Virus record (IMG/VR): IMGVR_UViG_3300028048_003162 | Source of the DNA: an uncultured virus (IMG/VR IMGVR_UViG_3300028048_003162) | Taxonomy: Duplodnaviria; Heunggongvirae; Uroviricota; Caudoviricetes | Direction: 5' to 3' (one strand) | DNA: 57,812 bases | In this document: positions 28,223 through 38,734 of the stretch, in pieces | How the letters are laid out: each line of letters starts with the position of its first letter | Position numbering within the stretch: the first letter of the stretch is position 1 | Notes under the pieces: model-generated | Database searches by the model: none | Seen by the model: only the letters and a program-made list of their open reading frames with translations | Told to the model about the DNA's origin: nothing | Program-made: the position numbers and the translations under genes

Positions 28223-31200
28223 ATGTTTACATGGTTATTGTATTTTGTGCTTATACTGATGGCAGTGTGTGCATTCTTTGTAGTGTTTAATCTACTTGGT
28301 TTGTTTATATGTCATAAGTTAAAAGATAAGGCAGCAAAAGCTGGTGGGGAAGCAGCTAAAAGATATGTAAGTCACATGAATCCCTTGTTTAAGTTACTTA
28401 TGAAAAGTAAGAAAATACAAGAGGGAACAGATGCAGCTGCAGAGAAACAAGTAAATAAGCAGTGTAAAAGAGCAAGTAGGATATTCTTTTGCGGGGCTGC
28501 TATATCATTAGCATTGTTAATTGCACTTGGTGTATTGGCAGAGACATTGTATGAAATGAATTTGTCAATGACGTCAACTACATCAGTAATTAGTATACTT
28601 ACAAGGAATAAGGATTGTACCTGCTATGTAAAATGTACAAATGATGCAGATGATGATCATAAGTCAACATATGAATTATTGTTTGGACCTACTGAATTTG
28701 CTACATTTGCAGGTCATATGAAATTGAATCCTCAGGAACAAGATGAGTGGAAAGCATTATATCCTGATGTGAAAGACGGTGAGACAAGAGATTATGACAA
28801 GTTAGACGGTAAAAAGCAGAATGAGTTTATTGCTGAACATCTAAACGATAAAATGGTTGATGATTATAAGACCATACTACAGGACTATCAGAACTTTATG
28901 AAGTCTGCTGATGGCAAAGACAGAATGAAAATGTCTAATGATGAATTGATGGCAGACTTAAAGAAAATGTGTAAAGACTATAAAGTCAATGGTAGGAATC
29001 CTAATTGTAAGGTTTGTAAGTCAGCTAATACTTCTTCCTTACAGCGTAAATGTAATGGAATGAACAAATGGGTTAAGGGTTGGACATGGCAAGAAATTGC
29101 AGATGCAAATGGAAATAATAAAGATGATAAAAATAAGGGTTCAGTTGAGGTTCCTGCATTAGGTCATGCATCTGGAAAATATGCAGTTACATTAGGAGAT
29201 GGGAATAGCTATTATTGGTATCATCAGACACAGGAGGCTTGTAAGTATAACGTAGTTAAATATGGACAGCGCTATGGATTTGTAAACCTTGGAGGTCTTG
29301 GTCCAGCATATAGCAGAGGTTGTAGTTCATATGCAACTGCAATGGCAATAAGTAATGTACTTGGAGAAGAGGTCACTCCTTTTGATGTTCAAGAAAAACT
29401 TGAGGGTGTTAAGCCATCTAAAAGTTCAAATGGCACAATCACTTACTATGGAAAGTCACCTATAGATTTCTGTAGTACCATTGGAGTAACATTTAATGGG
29501 GTAGGAAAAAAGGCAATGGTAAAGAAGGCATTAGATGTTTATGGGAATGATGGACTTCAAGCAGCTTACTTAGGGCATAGTCAGAAGGAATTTGATAAAT
29601 ACTTGGATAAAGGAGCACTAATCGTAGTTTCTATAATAAATGCTGGTGGAAGTTACGATAGTATGCCTTGGTACAGAGGCGGTGGACACTATATAGTAAT
29701 TAGAAAGAAAGAAAATGATAAATACTATCATCTAAACAGCTGTGTCATTGGCAGTCTAAGCAGTCATTATTCGGGTAGTGGCACTGATGAAAAAGCTAAA
29801 TCACTAATGAATATAGGAATTTCATGGAATACATTATCAAGTCACTTCAAAGCAGAGGGGGCAGTAGCATTTTGGTCAGACAACAAAGTCATGATAGATG
29901 GAGATAGTAGCACTGGAACAAATACGTTTAGCAATTATGAATACAATAAAGACGTACTAAAAGCGGTTATTAAAGCATTTGAAAAAATAGATGGAAAAAG
30001 TTATAAGGATTTAGCAGACATCAAGAAAAAGAGTACCTGGACTTACTCAAAAGTAATAGTGACCACTGTGTTATTTACAGAGTTATCTAAAAAGTATGGA
30101 ATAGAGGCATTATGTGGTATAGGGGGCAACATAGCAGTAGAAGGAGCATCAGGTTTGATCGAGGATTTTGGGTGTGGTAAAGCATTTAGTCTAGATCATA
30201 AGTTTGTTAAGAGTGATGCAGATGTGAATAAAGCTTTAGCAGAGGCAAAGAGGCATGCACTTAGGGGTAGTAATGTAGTGTACACTGGTCCTATGGGTGA
30301 TTTAATATATGGAAAGTGGACATCATTTTCAGAACAGCCTGGATATAGCTTATGCCTAGGTTATAAGGAAACCGATTATTCATTAGAGGCAATGTCCCTA
30401 TCAGATGCACGCTGTTATTTAACAACAGATAAAAAAAGTAAATTCTACATTCAAAAATTCTGGGATTCGATTAACGGAATGAAGGGCAATAATAATGTGA
30501 TAAGCTGCTCAGATCATTGGATGAAGGCCTATGAACGATGTGTAAACAGAGATGGAACATACCAAAAAGTTTCCGAGAGAAGAAGTGCATCTAATTATTT
30601 GTATAAATACCTTAAGGATGTTCATGTGTCACCTACAATAGGTAAAAACAACAGTTTAAAACCTGGTTCAAGCAACAATAAAAACAATAAAAACAAAGAT
30701 AAAGGAAAAACAACCATTACTAGTAATGGTTGGGAAACAACTTATACTGATTTAGGTCATAAAGTTTATAAACAGAAGTCTGGTGATGGAACATACGACG
30801 CAAAGGGAGCAATTAAGAACATATTAAAATATACAAAAGACACTGATTCTTCTAAGATAGGTTCAGAGGTAGTAATATATGGTACAAGGTTTATAGGAAA
30901 CCGTTACGTCTGGGGTGGAGCTAGCCTTACAAATGGATGTGACTGTTCAGGCTTTATTATGTCATTATATGCTCATTTTGGAGTAAATTTACCTCACTCC
31001 TCAGGTGGCATGAGAAACGTAGGTGTAAACGTAGCAGAGAATGACATTCAACCTGGAGACATAGTTTGTTACCATAATCACGTAGCCTTATACATTGGTG
31101 GAGGTAAGATACTGCACGCATCAAGTGCTGATTCAGGTATAAAAATAGGAAATAAGTATAACTATAGGACTATACTGGCAATTCGTAGACCTACAGGAGT

Positions 31201-31231
31201 TAAGAGTAGAGGCAACTTATATAAGAAATAA
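28223..31231 (+). CDS. Membrane-anchored multi-domain peptidoglycan hydrolase (C39-like peptidase, lysozyme-like, NlpC/P60)
   Basis: Two TM helices; GCSSYATAMA...GGGHYIVI; LCGIGGNIAVE...KAYER; YVWGG...DCSGF...HVALYIGGGKILHAS. Confidence 0.85.
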   Translation: MFTWLLYFVLILMAVCAFFVVFNLLGLFICHKLKDKAAKAGGEAAKRYVSHMNPLFKLLMKSKKIQEGTDAAAEKQVNKQCKRASRIFFCGAAISLALLIALGVLAETLYEMNLSMTSTTSVISILTRNKDCTCYVKCTNDADDDHKSTYELLFGPTEFATFAGHMKLNPQEQDEWKALYPDVKDGETRDYDKLDGKKQNEFIAEHLNDKMVDDYKTILQDYQNFMKSADGKDRMKMSNDELMADLKKMCKDYKVNGRNPNCKVCKSANTSSLQRKCNGMNKWVKGWTWQEIADANGNNKDDKNKGSVEVPALGHASGKYAVTLGDGNSYYWYHQTQEACKYNVVKYGQRYGFVNLGGLGPAYSRGCSSYATAMAISNVLGEEVTPFDVQEKLEGVKPSKSSNGTITYYGKSPIDFCSTIGVTFNGVGKKAMVKKALDVYGNDGLQAAYLGHSQKEFDKYLDKGALIVVSIINAGGSYDSMPWYRGGGHYIVIRKKENDKYYHLNSCVIGSLSSHYSGSGTDEKAKSLMNIGISWNTLSSHFKAEGAVAFWSDNKVMIDGDSSTGTNTFSNYEYNKDVLKAVIKAFEKIDGKSYKDLADIKKKSTWTYSKVIVTTVLFTELSKKYGIEALCGIGGNIAVEGASGLIEDFGCGKAFSLDHKFVKSDADVNKALAEAKRHALRGSNVVYTGPMGDLIYGKWTSFSEQPGYSLCLGYKETDYSLEAMSLSDARCYLTTDKKSKFYIQKFWDSINGMKGNNNVISCSDHWMKAYERCVNRDGTYQKVSERRSASNYLYKYLKDVHVSPTIGKNNSLKPGSSNNKNNKNKDKGKTTITSNGWETTYTDLGHKVYKQKSGDGTYDAKGAIKNILKYTKDTDSSKIGSEVVIYGTRFIGNRYVWGGASLTNGCDCSGFIMSLYAHFGVNLPHSSGGMRNVGVNVAENDIQPGDIVCYHNHVALYIGGGKILHASSADSGIKIGNKYNYRTILAIRRPTGVKSRGNLYKK

Positions 31232-31257
31232 CATTCAAAAAGAAAGGATAGACCATT

Positions 31258-32061
31258 ATGAAGAATAAAAAACCATTGATTTTAACATTATTGTGCATAG
31301 TAGCAGTTGCACTAATCATCATTGCAGTTTTAGTAACACCAATGTTAAATAAAACTAGCAATGCAAATAAGAAGTATCAGCATGGAGATTCTTTTAGTAG
31401 ACTTACAGCTAATAATGAGGTTTATGAAGATAGTACAGGTGGGAAGTTTAGTGACAACACCTCAAATTCCTCAAATACAAACTCAAATTCATCAGATGCA
31501 TCGACTTCAAACAATTCAACACAGGAGACACAGAGTGAGGACACTCAAGATGAACAAAATAAGAAGTTAATGGATGATAAGGACACTGATGTAGTAGGAT
31601 ATACAGACTCAAATGGAAAGATGCATGTTAATAAAGATAAGATTAACAAGATAAATGAAGAGGTTGCATCTGAATTGGCAACAGAGACAGAAACAGAGGA
31701 TGAGGGATATGGAAAATCAACCAGTTCAGATGTAGTGGCAGACAAGTTAAAAGTAAGTAAAGACGTTGATAATATCAAGGTAATGGTTTATAGGATAAAC
31801 CAATTAGCATTGGATAATAACTACAAGACAGTAAAGGTTTGGGATAAGCCATCAAAGTCAGATATAAGAGATGCTAAAGAAACTAATGGATCATTAGTTT
31901 ATGTAGTTGAACTTGACTATGATTTTTACTGGATCACCTATTATTATGATAGTAACGAGGCAACTTCAGATAGAGACTTTGATGGTTCATTGGCTAGTCT
32001 TTATATTGCAGATACAGAAGAGGATGATAATGATGTGGACACAGAGGTTGTAGTGTGGTAA
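31258..32061 (+). CDS. Single-pass membrane protein with Ser/Asn-rich linker
   Basis: N-terminal TM helix; low-complexity linker; acidic C-terminus. Confidence 0.7.
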   Translation: MKNKKPLILTLLCIVAVALIIIAVLVTPMLNKTSNANKKYQHGDSFSRLTANNEVYEDSTGGKFSDNTSNSSNTNSNSSDASTSNNSTQETQSEDTQDEQNKKLMDDKDTDVVGYTDSNGKMHVNKDKINKINEEVASELATETETEDEGYGKSTSSDVVADKLKVSKDVDNIKVMVYRINQLALDNNYKTVKVWDKPSKSDIRDAKETNGSLVYVVELDYDFYWITYYYDSNEATSDRDFDGSLASLYIADTEEDDNDVDTEVVVW

Positions 32062-32092
32062 ACATAGTATGATAAGAAAGGGCAGTAGGAAA

Positions 32093-32739
32093 ATGAAATT
32101 TAGACAACTTGGTTTAATTTTATTAGCAGTATTAAGTTTAACATCTTGTGGAAGTTCAGATATAGACTCTACAGAAAATTCAGCGGAGCGTACAACTTTT
32201 CAAGCAGATTCATACTCGATTAGAAAAGAGAATGAGAATGAAGAGTTGAAGTCACAGGAGGATGAGAAGTCAGACAGTAATGATACAGATGGTACAGACT
32301 ATGAATACAAAGTGGCACAGGTAAATTAAAGAACAGCACTAATACAAAAGATTATGTCATTAAGAAAAATGATATAGTATCATATGATGATAGAACATTT
32401 CATGAGTTGTATAAGTGTTTATCACGAATTAAAGCACCATACAGTGTAAATGAAATGGCAAACTTCATAACAAAAACTTATGCATATGATGATAAAGATA
32501 TATACACAGAATGTACGAAGATGTCAGATCTTACTGAAGATTATGACATAGGATTTGATGGAGATCTGGCAGGGATTGATAAGTATGAGGAACTTGAGGA
32601 TCAATATGGTGCAGTAGAATGGAAATTGGATGTCTTTAGATATGGTAGAGAGGACACATTAACACTATATGGAAACAGTAAATATATTTTAGCAGCAGGT
32701 TATAATAATGATATAATCATTGATATGGATAAACAATAG
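32093..32739 (+). pseudogene. Lipoprotein interrupted by a -1 frameshift near 32305
   Basis: Lipobox LTSC; downstream frame is open from ~32305 into ORF 32407; one extra A in GAATA joins them (YEIQSGTGKLKN). Confidence 0.6.
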
Positions 32740-32760
32740 CTTGTAAAGGAGAGAAAAGCA

Positions 32761-33174
32761 TTGGATAAGAGACATATAAATTTTGGAGTAGTCTTTATAG
32801 CTTGTTTAGTGGTGCTTGCGATAATAAGTAGTCTAAACACAGCTAATAAAAACTCAACAAAAGAAAAAGAGCAAGACATAACAAAGGTTTATAGAAGCAT
32901 AGATAAAAAAGATATAACAGAGGACCTGTTGGAGGTAATACAGTCAGGAGATACAGCTGAGTCAACATACTGCATAGGTAACTTTGATATGGACGATGAA
33001 GATGTACTTGCAGATGCAGTATTGAATAAGAGTTACATGTCAGATTCAGCAGTATACTTACAGGTAGAGTCAGATGAGTCATCAAGTGTAAATAAGAATT
33101 ACATGTATAGATTTCAGTTAGACACTGATACAGATGTGGTTGTGTCATATATAAAATATACATTGGAGCATTAA
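32761..33174 (+). CDS. Single-pass membrane protein
   Basis: N-terminal TM helix; AAGGAG RBS with TTG start. Confidence 0.7.
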   Translation: MDKRHINFGVVFIACLVVLAIISSLNTANKNSTKEKEQDITKVYRSIDKKDITEDLLEVIQSGDTAESTYCIGNFDMDDEDVLADAVLNKSYMSDSAVYLQVESDESSSVNKNYMYRFQLDTDTDVVVSYIKYTLEH

Positions 33175-33218
33175 AGAAAAGAGCAGAGCAAGGGAAAAAG
33201 AGAAGGCAGAGGTAGAAA

Positions 33219-33695
33219 ATGAGAGAGTCATTGAAATTAAAAAACAACACCATAGGAAAAAGAGTGATAGTTGCAGTACTATGTTTAGTAGTTGCATTGA
33301 CAAGTTTAATCTACTATAGAGAGCAAGCATTTGGGGAAAACAAGATCTTAGATGAGTTTGATATGACATCATCTAGTAAATGTCAAGATCAGGTTACCGA
33401 ATTGATAGAGGCAATAATAACTGGAGACAATACAGAGTTAGATAAGTTTCAACGAGTAATACCTAGTACAATACTTAAAGAAATGAAGGGGTATGCATCT
33501 AACAATAATATTGACAGCACAGTGTTTAGTGACAAGTCAGTTGAGTTTATAAATGCAGACAACAGTTCAACAGAAGATACAGTTATAATGGCTAATGTGA
33601 AGCTTTACTATAAAGATTATAACAAGTTATATTTGTTTGAGTTTCATATGAATGAGAGTGGTTCAATCTATGGCTATAACATCTGGCAGTGGTGA
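33219..33695 (+). CDS. Single-pass membrane protein, possible NTF2/VirB8-like ectodomain
   Basis: TM helix, then helices and a terminal beta-meander (TVIMANVKLYY..KLYLFEFHMNESGSIYGY). Confidence 0.6.
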   Translation: MRESLKLKNNTIGKRVIVAVLCLVVALTSLIYYREQAFGENKILDEFDMTSSSKCQDQVTELIEAIITGDNTELDKFQRVIPSTILKEMKGYASNNNIDSTVFSDKSVEFINADNSSTEDTVIMANVKLYYKDYNKLYLFEFHMNESGSIYGYNIWQW

Positions 33696-34062
33696 GAAAG
33701 GCTGATGCACTGGTAGAAAAGAGCAGATGCACTGGTAGAAAAAGAGATGCAGTGGTGAGAATGAAATAGAGACATCACTTAGTGAAAATAGATGCACTGG
33801 TATGAATGGGTGATGCACTGAATGAAATATGGCTGATGCATCACTAAATAAACTAGATGCTTCGCTATTGAGAACTAGATGCTTCGCTAAATGTGATTGC
33901 ATACTTCACTATTAAAAGAATTAGCATAGCAAATTAAATGTTTAATCATACAAACAAAGCTGATGCATAGCAAAATGAAAAATTAAAGCATTAACAATAG
34001 ACCATTAGTAATAAAAATTGATGCATTATATGAAAAAATTGTATCATAGCAAAAATGAAAAG
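33685..34062. repeat. Degenerate direct-repeat array with ~21-22 bp period (GATGC core)
   Basis: GATGC at 33704, 33726, 33746, 33791, 33812, 33835, 33856, 33878; exact pairs GATGCACTGGTAGAAAA x2 and AACTAGATGCTTCGCTA x2; CATAGCAAA x3. Confidence 0.75.
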
Positions 34063-34078
34063 AAAGGACATATAAAAC

Positions 34079-34834
34079 ATGACATTTAAGTTTAGGAAAA
34101 GTAACAATAGAAAAAGAGGGTTGCATATCAATTTTATAGCAACAGGCATTGCAGTGTGTTTAACACTGCTTGTTGGAATAGTTTGTGTCAAGGGTTATGT
34201 AGATGAATACAGCAATGAATTAGAAACTGAGCATGAGCAAATGGAAAATGAACAAAAGGTAAGTGTGGCGGAGCAGTCACTACAGAGTTCACTAGCAAGT
34301 GCAAGTGAGATGAAAGACAACATGAATAATGGTAGATACAATGGAACAATTGATACACTCAAGTTTATTGTTGAGGTTACAAATATTAAAAAGGGAGATA
34401 CACAGACAGTTGTAACTGGTAACACAGTAATGACTGGTAAATACATTGGTCAAATCAAGATAGTTTATAACAATGAAAACATTGACATTGAAATTAAGAG
34501 ATTTGGAACATATAAGTTTACTACAGAGCCTTTAATGACAATGGGTGATCCTGTAAAGGTGAATATGGTATCATGTACAAAGGCGAGTAATAAAGATAAA
34601 AAGAAATTAGCAAACAATAAGAAAAAGAGTTCAACATACGCTGATAGGATGTTAAGCTATAAGAGAATGATACTAAAAGACATTATTAAAGATGCTAACA
34701 GTAATTATTATAGTTGGACAGATGGAGAAATTAAGAACTATCAAGCATTTTTAAGGTCTAAGGGTTATAAAGGTAAGGACAGTAAGGTTTATACAATTAA
34801 GCAGTTAAAAAGTAAAGCTGGGCGTAAAAAATAG
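34079..34834 (+). CDS. Single-pass membrane protein with basic C-terminus
   Basis: TM helix at aa ~18-37; AAGGA RBS. Confidence 0.7.
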   Translation: MTFKFRKSNNRKRGLHINFIATGIAVCLTLLVGIVCVKGYVDEYSNELETEHEQMENEQKVSVAEQSLQSSLASASEMKDNMNNGRYNGTIDTLKFIVEVTNIKKGDTQTVVTGNTVMTGKYIGQIKIVYNNENIDIEIKRFGTYKFTTEPLMTMGDPVKVNMVSCTKASNKDKKKLANNKKKSSTYADRMLSYKRMILKDIIKDANSNYYSWTDGEIKNYQAFLRSKGYKGKDSKVYTIKQLKSKAGRKK

Positions 34835-34894
34835 CTTAAAAATAATATAAATTGTATTTTAATTTTTATTTTTTGTTGAAAGGTGGGAATACAA

Positions 34895-35368
34895 ATGAAC
34901 TTGGCAGGTTTAGTAGAGGCTTATAACCATGGCGTTACAAAAGTAAAGAAAGACAAGGATACTCCTTATGCTGCATTACAGGTGGCAGAGGTTGGAGGTC
35001 AGGCAATGAATGTTGATACAGCTAGACAGCTATGTGCTAGTTTAGGCGTAGTTGAAATGTATTGCAATCCTTTTGAGGAATTGAGTAACCTTAACAAATA
35101 CATTAAGGAGTTTAGCAAGTTTAAGGAGATGCCTCAGGTATATGCAAATACACAGGTGGATTTCATGAATAGACGTGGAGATTTACCTGGTTCATCATAT
35201 AACAGAGTACATTTCAATTGTCCGGGCGTATTTGAAGTTTCAGTAATCATTGGAATGAAGAGTTGTGGAGCATCACATGTGGTTTATGACTCGTTTACAA
35301 ATAATGCAATTGGAAAATACAGAACATTTGGTAAAGCAGTTGAGGGCATTATCAGTAAGATTGATTAG
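34895..35368 (+). CDS. Hypothetical protein
   Basis: AAGGTGGG RBS before ATG 34895. Confidence 0.7.
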   Translation: MNLAGLVEAYNHGVTKVKKDKDTPYAALQVAEVGGQAMNVDTARQLCASLGVVEMYCNPFEELSNLNKYIKEFSKFKEMPQVYANTQVDFMNRRGDLPGSSYNRVHFNCPGVFEVSVIIGMKSCGASHVVYDSFTNNAIGKYRTFGKAVEGIISKID

Positions 35369-35416
35369 CCTTGAACATTAAAAATAAAAGTATTGAAAAT
35401 TTAGGAGGATAACAAT

Positions 35417-35887
35417 ATGAAGGCAAGAGATGTGTTATTAGGAGTAGTAGTTGGTGCAGGAGTTGCAGTAGTTGGTGCTAAAGTTGCAACAAAGAAATAC
35501 ATGGATACACATGGTTTTTCTGATGTAGCACAGAGAATGGCAGCTGATGGCAAGAGAATCGCAGAGGATAGCAAGGATCTTGGTAGAGTGATGGCAGAGA
35601 GTGCTAAAGAGGCAGCTGGTAAGGCAAAGGCTCATGGAGAGAGATTCGTAAGTGATGCAAAGGAAAAGATCAATGAGGCAGTTGCTAAAAAGAGCAGTGA
35701 CATAGGTGAAGCTGACGAAGATGCATTTGAGGATGAGGAATTCAAGGAAAGTGCAGAGGCAGAGAAAGAATACGGCTTCGACGATGATTATGACGAAGAG
35801 GAGTCAGAAGAGGCTACAGTGGAAAACGGTGACAGCAGCGAAGATGCAGGGGAAAAGTCATCAGATGATGAGGACCTGCTAGATTAG
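35417..35887 (+). CDS. YtxH-like membrane-anchored helical protein with acidic tail
   Basis: LLGVVVGAGVAVVG N-terminus, Ala/Lys-rich helix, D/E tail; AGGAGG RBS. Confidence 0.55.
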   Translation: MKARDVLLGVVVGAGVAVVGAKVATKKYMDTHGFSDVAQRMAADGKRIAEDSKDLGRVMAESAKEAAGKAKAHGERFVSDAKEKINEAVAKKSSDIGEADEDAFEDEEFKESAEAEKEYGFDDDYDEEESEEATVENGDSSEDAGEKSSDDEDLLD

Positions 35888-35911
35888 TTTATAAGAGAGG
35901 ACAGTTAAAGA

Positions 35912-38650
35912 ATGGAACAGCAGAAATTCATTGACTTAGCAGAAGATATATTAGCTACGATAGGAACTCGTAAGCATGATATGGAAAATAGCAGACCTGC
36001 TACAAATGATTTGATTGTCACTGATATTTTGATGGGTCTTGGTTACAATATGAGAAGAGATACATCAGTTGAGAGGATATACTCTGGGGACTATGATTGG
36101 TCTCTGGAGTCAGCTCAAGGTGACGCAGTAGCAGTTTATACAGTACCTGCTTGTAAGGAAATCACACTTGATAATGATTTGATGGTTGCATTTGAAACAT
36201 TGTCTGGTGTACCTTACAAGGTTGTCTTGGTAACAAATGCTGAGACATTAGAGATTTGGAAGTATGATAATGAATCAGAGAACAAATACAAAAGAGTTTA
36301 TACAGTAGACTTTAAGAGTTTGGACGATACAGACTTTAAGGTGTTAGATGCAGTATCAAAACAGGGTTTTGATGAGGATATACTGGATGAGATCAGTAAG
36401 GACTGTGAAGTTACAGTAGAAAAAATCAAGAAATTATTTGATACACACATCAAGGGAATGTTACTCAACTTGGTTACAAATTCAGGCGCTGACGAAAATG
36501 AGGCAAGCAATGTCATTGACGAGTTTATGAACAAGATGTCATTTGACAATGAGAGTATTGTCTCTGGTGGAATTGACATCAGCAATGAAGAAGTAAACAA
36601 ACTCAGGGCAATGTTGAATGAGAGCAATGAGAAAATCAAGAGACTTGAGAGCAATGAGGCACGTGCAGAGAGTGATAAGGTTGACAGCTATATTGAACAG
36701 ATTAGAGACCTTAACATTAAGATGAGTGACAAAGATAAAAAGATTGAGGAACTTGAGGAAGAGAATAAAGACCTTAAGGACCAAATCAATCAGCTATCAG
36801 GTTCTGATAGAAAGCGTGCTCAGGAAATGTTAGACTTGATGGATGATAACCCTGAATCACCTAGAAATTACGTGGCAGTTGTAAATTCTGAATTGTTACA
36901 GAATGATAATTTACATACATTTGTAGGTAGAGTAATGCAGAAGTTGTATGGCATTAAGAGTTTAGAGGCTTCACAGTACATTTTTAATGGAGAGCTGTTC
37001 AAGTTAAACAGCAATGCAGTTAGAAATGACTTGAGAATGAACTCAAAGAATTATGACATTGACTTTAGAGAGGGTGAGACAGAGGATGAAATCCTTAACA
37101 AGTTAAGGGTTTTGATGAGCAACTTCAGTGATGTTGTGTTTGAGTGTAAAAAGATTGGTTCATTACATCCTGTTAAGAATCAGGCATATGAGGATGGATT
37201 TGAAAACCCTGGGGATTCTGGAGAGAGTCAAGGATTTGATGGAAATGAGCAGGACTTCAATGGAAATGAGCAGGACTTTGATGAATCAGACAGCTATGAG
37301 GAAGATGGTTTAGCAATTGATTCAGAGAATGGCAACTTTGAAGGAAACATTGGAGCATTTGATTCAGGAGAGCAGGGCTTCAATGAAGAGGCAGATGGAC
37401 AAGGCTTTGAAGAAAATGAATCAGCAGAGGATTCAGGTTTTGACAGCATGGCTGGGTTTAATGCTGACAACAATGAATTTGAGCCTGGTTTTAATTCAGA
37501 GACAGATAGTTTTGGAGAGTTTATTCCTGATGAAACAGAAGTACCTGAAGAAAATGATGAATTTACATCTGATAAACAGAGAAAACCTGTATTGTTAGCC
37601 TGTCAGCTTTCAACAGTTGACGAACTCATTTGGTCAGATGAAGAGATCAATTTCAAGAGTGTTAAATACATTACAGATGATCAAATGAAGCTTGTGTTCT
37701 CAATCAATAATGATGGTGGAAATGATAATACATTATGTAAATGTATCAATGCAATGTTAGCAATTGAGGCACATAAGAAAAATAAAGATATCATTAAGCA
37801 GGTTAAGCTTAAGAATTTCTCACAGGTCAATTCATTTATTAAGCTATACACAGAGCAATATAAAGATTGTCCTAGAATCAATGGTACTAAATACGCTATA
37901 TGCGGTGTGAGTACAGTAGGAAATATTGGTTCTGCACTGAATGATATTGGTAAGGCACTGAATATTGATACATCTTCAATGTTTATTTACTTTGAGGCTG
38001 AAACAGATTCATATTCAATTTTGGATAATTACCAGTATGATGAGAACTATATCACACCTAGAGAGAATGTGAACTTTGTAAGTAGTGGAAACAACACTAT
38101 GAAAGAAGTAGTTCTCCGTGGAGATATGTTGAGTAGCATTGTTATTACTAAGAATTCATTACAGGTTCAGAAAGAGATCTTATCAAATATTGTAGCAGTT
38201 AAAACAAAATACATTGGTAAGGTAATTCATTCATCAGAGGGATCTGATGGTGCCTTGGTAAATAGCAATGAGGATGTTGCAGAAGTCTTCAGTAAAATGT
38301 TGATGGAGGCTAGGGCAAATGGAACTAACATTGATCCTAAAGATATATGCACTGTGATTGGTACAGGATATAAACTTATGTCCTATAATGAAAATGATGT
38401 GGCACCTGATCATATGGAAATGAGCATTGAGGGAGAAAAGATTTACATTTCTAAATTAGAGAATTGGCAAATGGTTGAATCCCTTGTAAAGGTTCATACA
38501 GTGTTGTTTAATAATACTGGCATTGCTATTAAAATTCATACAAATGTGGATGCAATTAACTTCTATGGTACACAGTTCTGCACAGCAGAGCCAACATTAA
38601 GTTTAGCAGTGAACAGTTTAGTTAACTACGTTACAAGTTGTTTTAAGTAA
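35912..38650 (+). CDS. Large protein: degenerate HSDR_N-like N-terminus, coiled coil, acidic linker, unknown C-terminal domains
   Basis: ATNDLIVTDILMGLGYN...DYD...VLVTNAETLEIW pattern; heptad-rich aa ~225-305. Confidence 0.6.
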   Translation: MEQQKFIDLAEDILATIGTRKHDMENSRPATNDLIVTDILMGLGYNMRRDTSVERIYSGDYDWSLESAQGDAVAVYTVPACKEITLDNDLMVAFETLSGVPYKVVLVTNAETLEIWKYDNESENKYKRVYTVDFKSLDDTDFKVLDAVSKQGFDEDILDEISKDCEVTVEKIKKLFDTHIKGMLLNLVTNSGADENEASNVIDEFMNKMSFDNESIVSGGIDISNEEVNKLRAMLNESNEKIKRLESNEARAESDKVDSYIEQIRDLNIKMSDKDKKIEELEEENKDLKDQINQLSGSDRKRAQEMLDLMDDNPESPRNYVAVVNSELLQNDNLHTFVGRVMQKLYGIKSLEASQYIFNGELFKLNSNAVRNDLRMNSKNYDIDFREGETEDEILNKLRVLMSNFSDVVFECKKIGSLHPVKNQAYEDGFENPGDSGESQGFDGNEQDFNGNEQDFDESDSYEEDGLAIDSENGNFEGNIGAFDSGEQGFNEEADGQGFEENESAEDSGFDSMAGFNADNNEFEPGFNSETDSFGEFIPDETEVPEENDEFTSDKQRKPVLLACQLSTVDELIWSDEEINFKSVKYITDDQMKLVFSINNDGGNDNTLCKCINAMLAIEAHKKNKDIIKQVKLKNFSQVNSFIKLYTEQYKDCPRINGTKYAICGVSTVGNIGSALNDIGKALNIDTSSMFIYFEAETDSYSILDNYQYDENYITPRENVNFVSSGNNTMKEVVLRGDMLSSIVITKNSLQVQKEILSNIVAVKTKYIGKVIHSSEGSDGALVNSNEDVAEVFSKMLMEARANGTNIDPKDICTVIGTGYKLMSYNENDVAPDHMEMSIEGEKIYISKLENWQMVESLVKVHTVLFNNTGIAIKIHTNVDAINFYGTQFCTAEPTLSLAVNSLVNYVTSCFK

Positions 38651-38664
38651 GATAAATTAAGGTG

Positions 38665-38704
38665 TAAGCGGTGCTTAATGGAGTTGAGCATCGCTTATAT
38701 TTTT
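38665..38704 (+). terminator. Intrinsic terminator
   Basis: TAAGCGGTGCTTAA/TTGAGCATCGCTTA + T run. Confidence 0.7.
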
Positions 38705-38734
38705 ATAAGAGTGCGTGATTTATGGGTGGAGCAT

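Noticed and set aside
33685..34062. CRISPR array
   Set aside because: Period ~21-22 bp is too short, repeats drift, there are no unique spacers and no cas genes
38678..38734. Track start codon for the GNAT-like ORF
   Set aside because: Lies inside a terminator hairpin; ATG 38735 with GGAG upstream is more plausible
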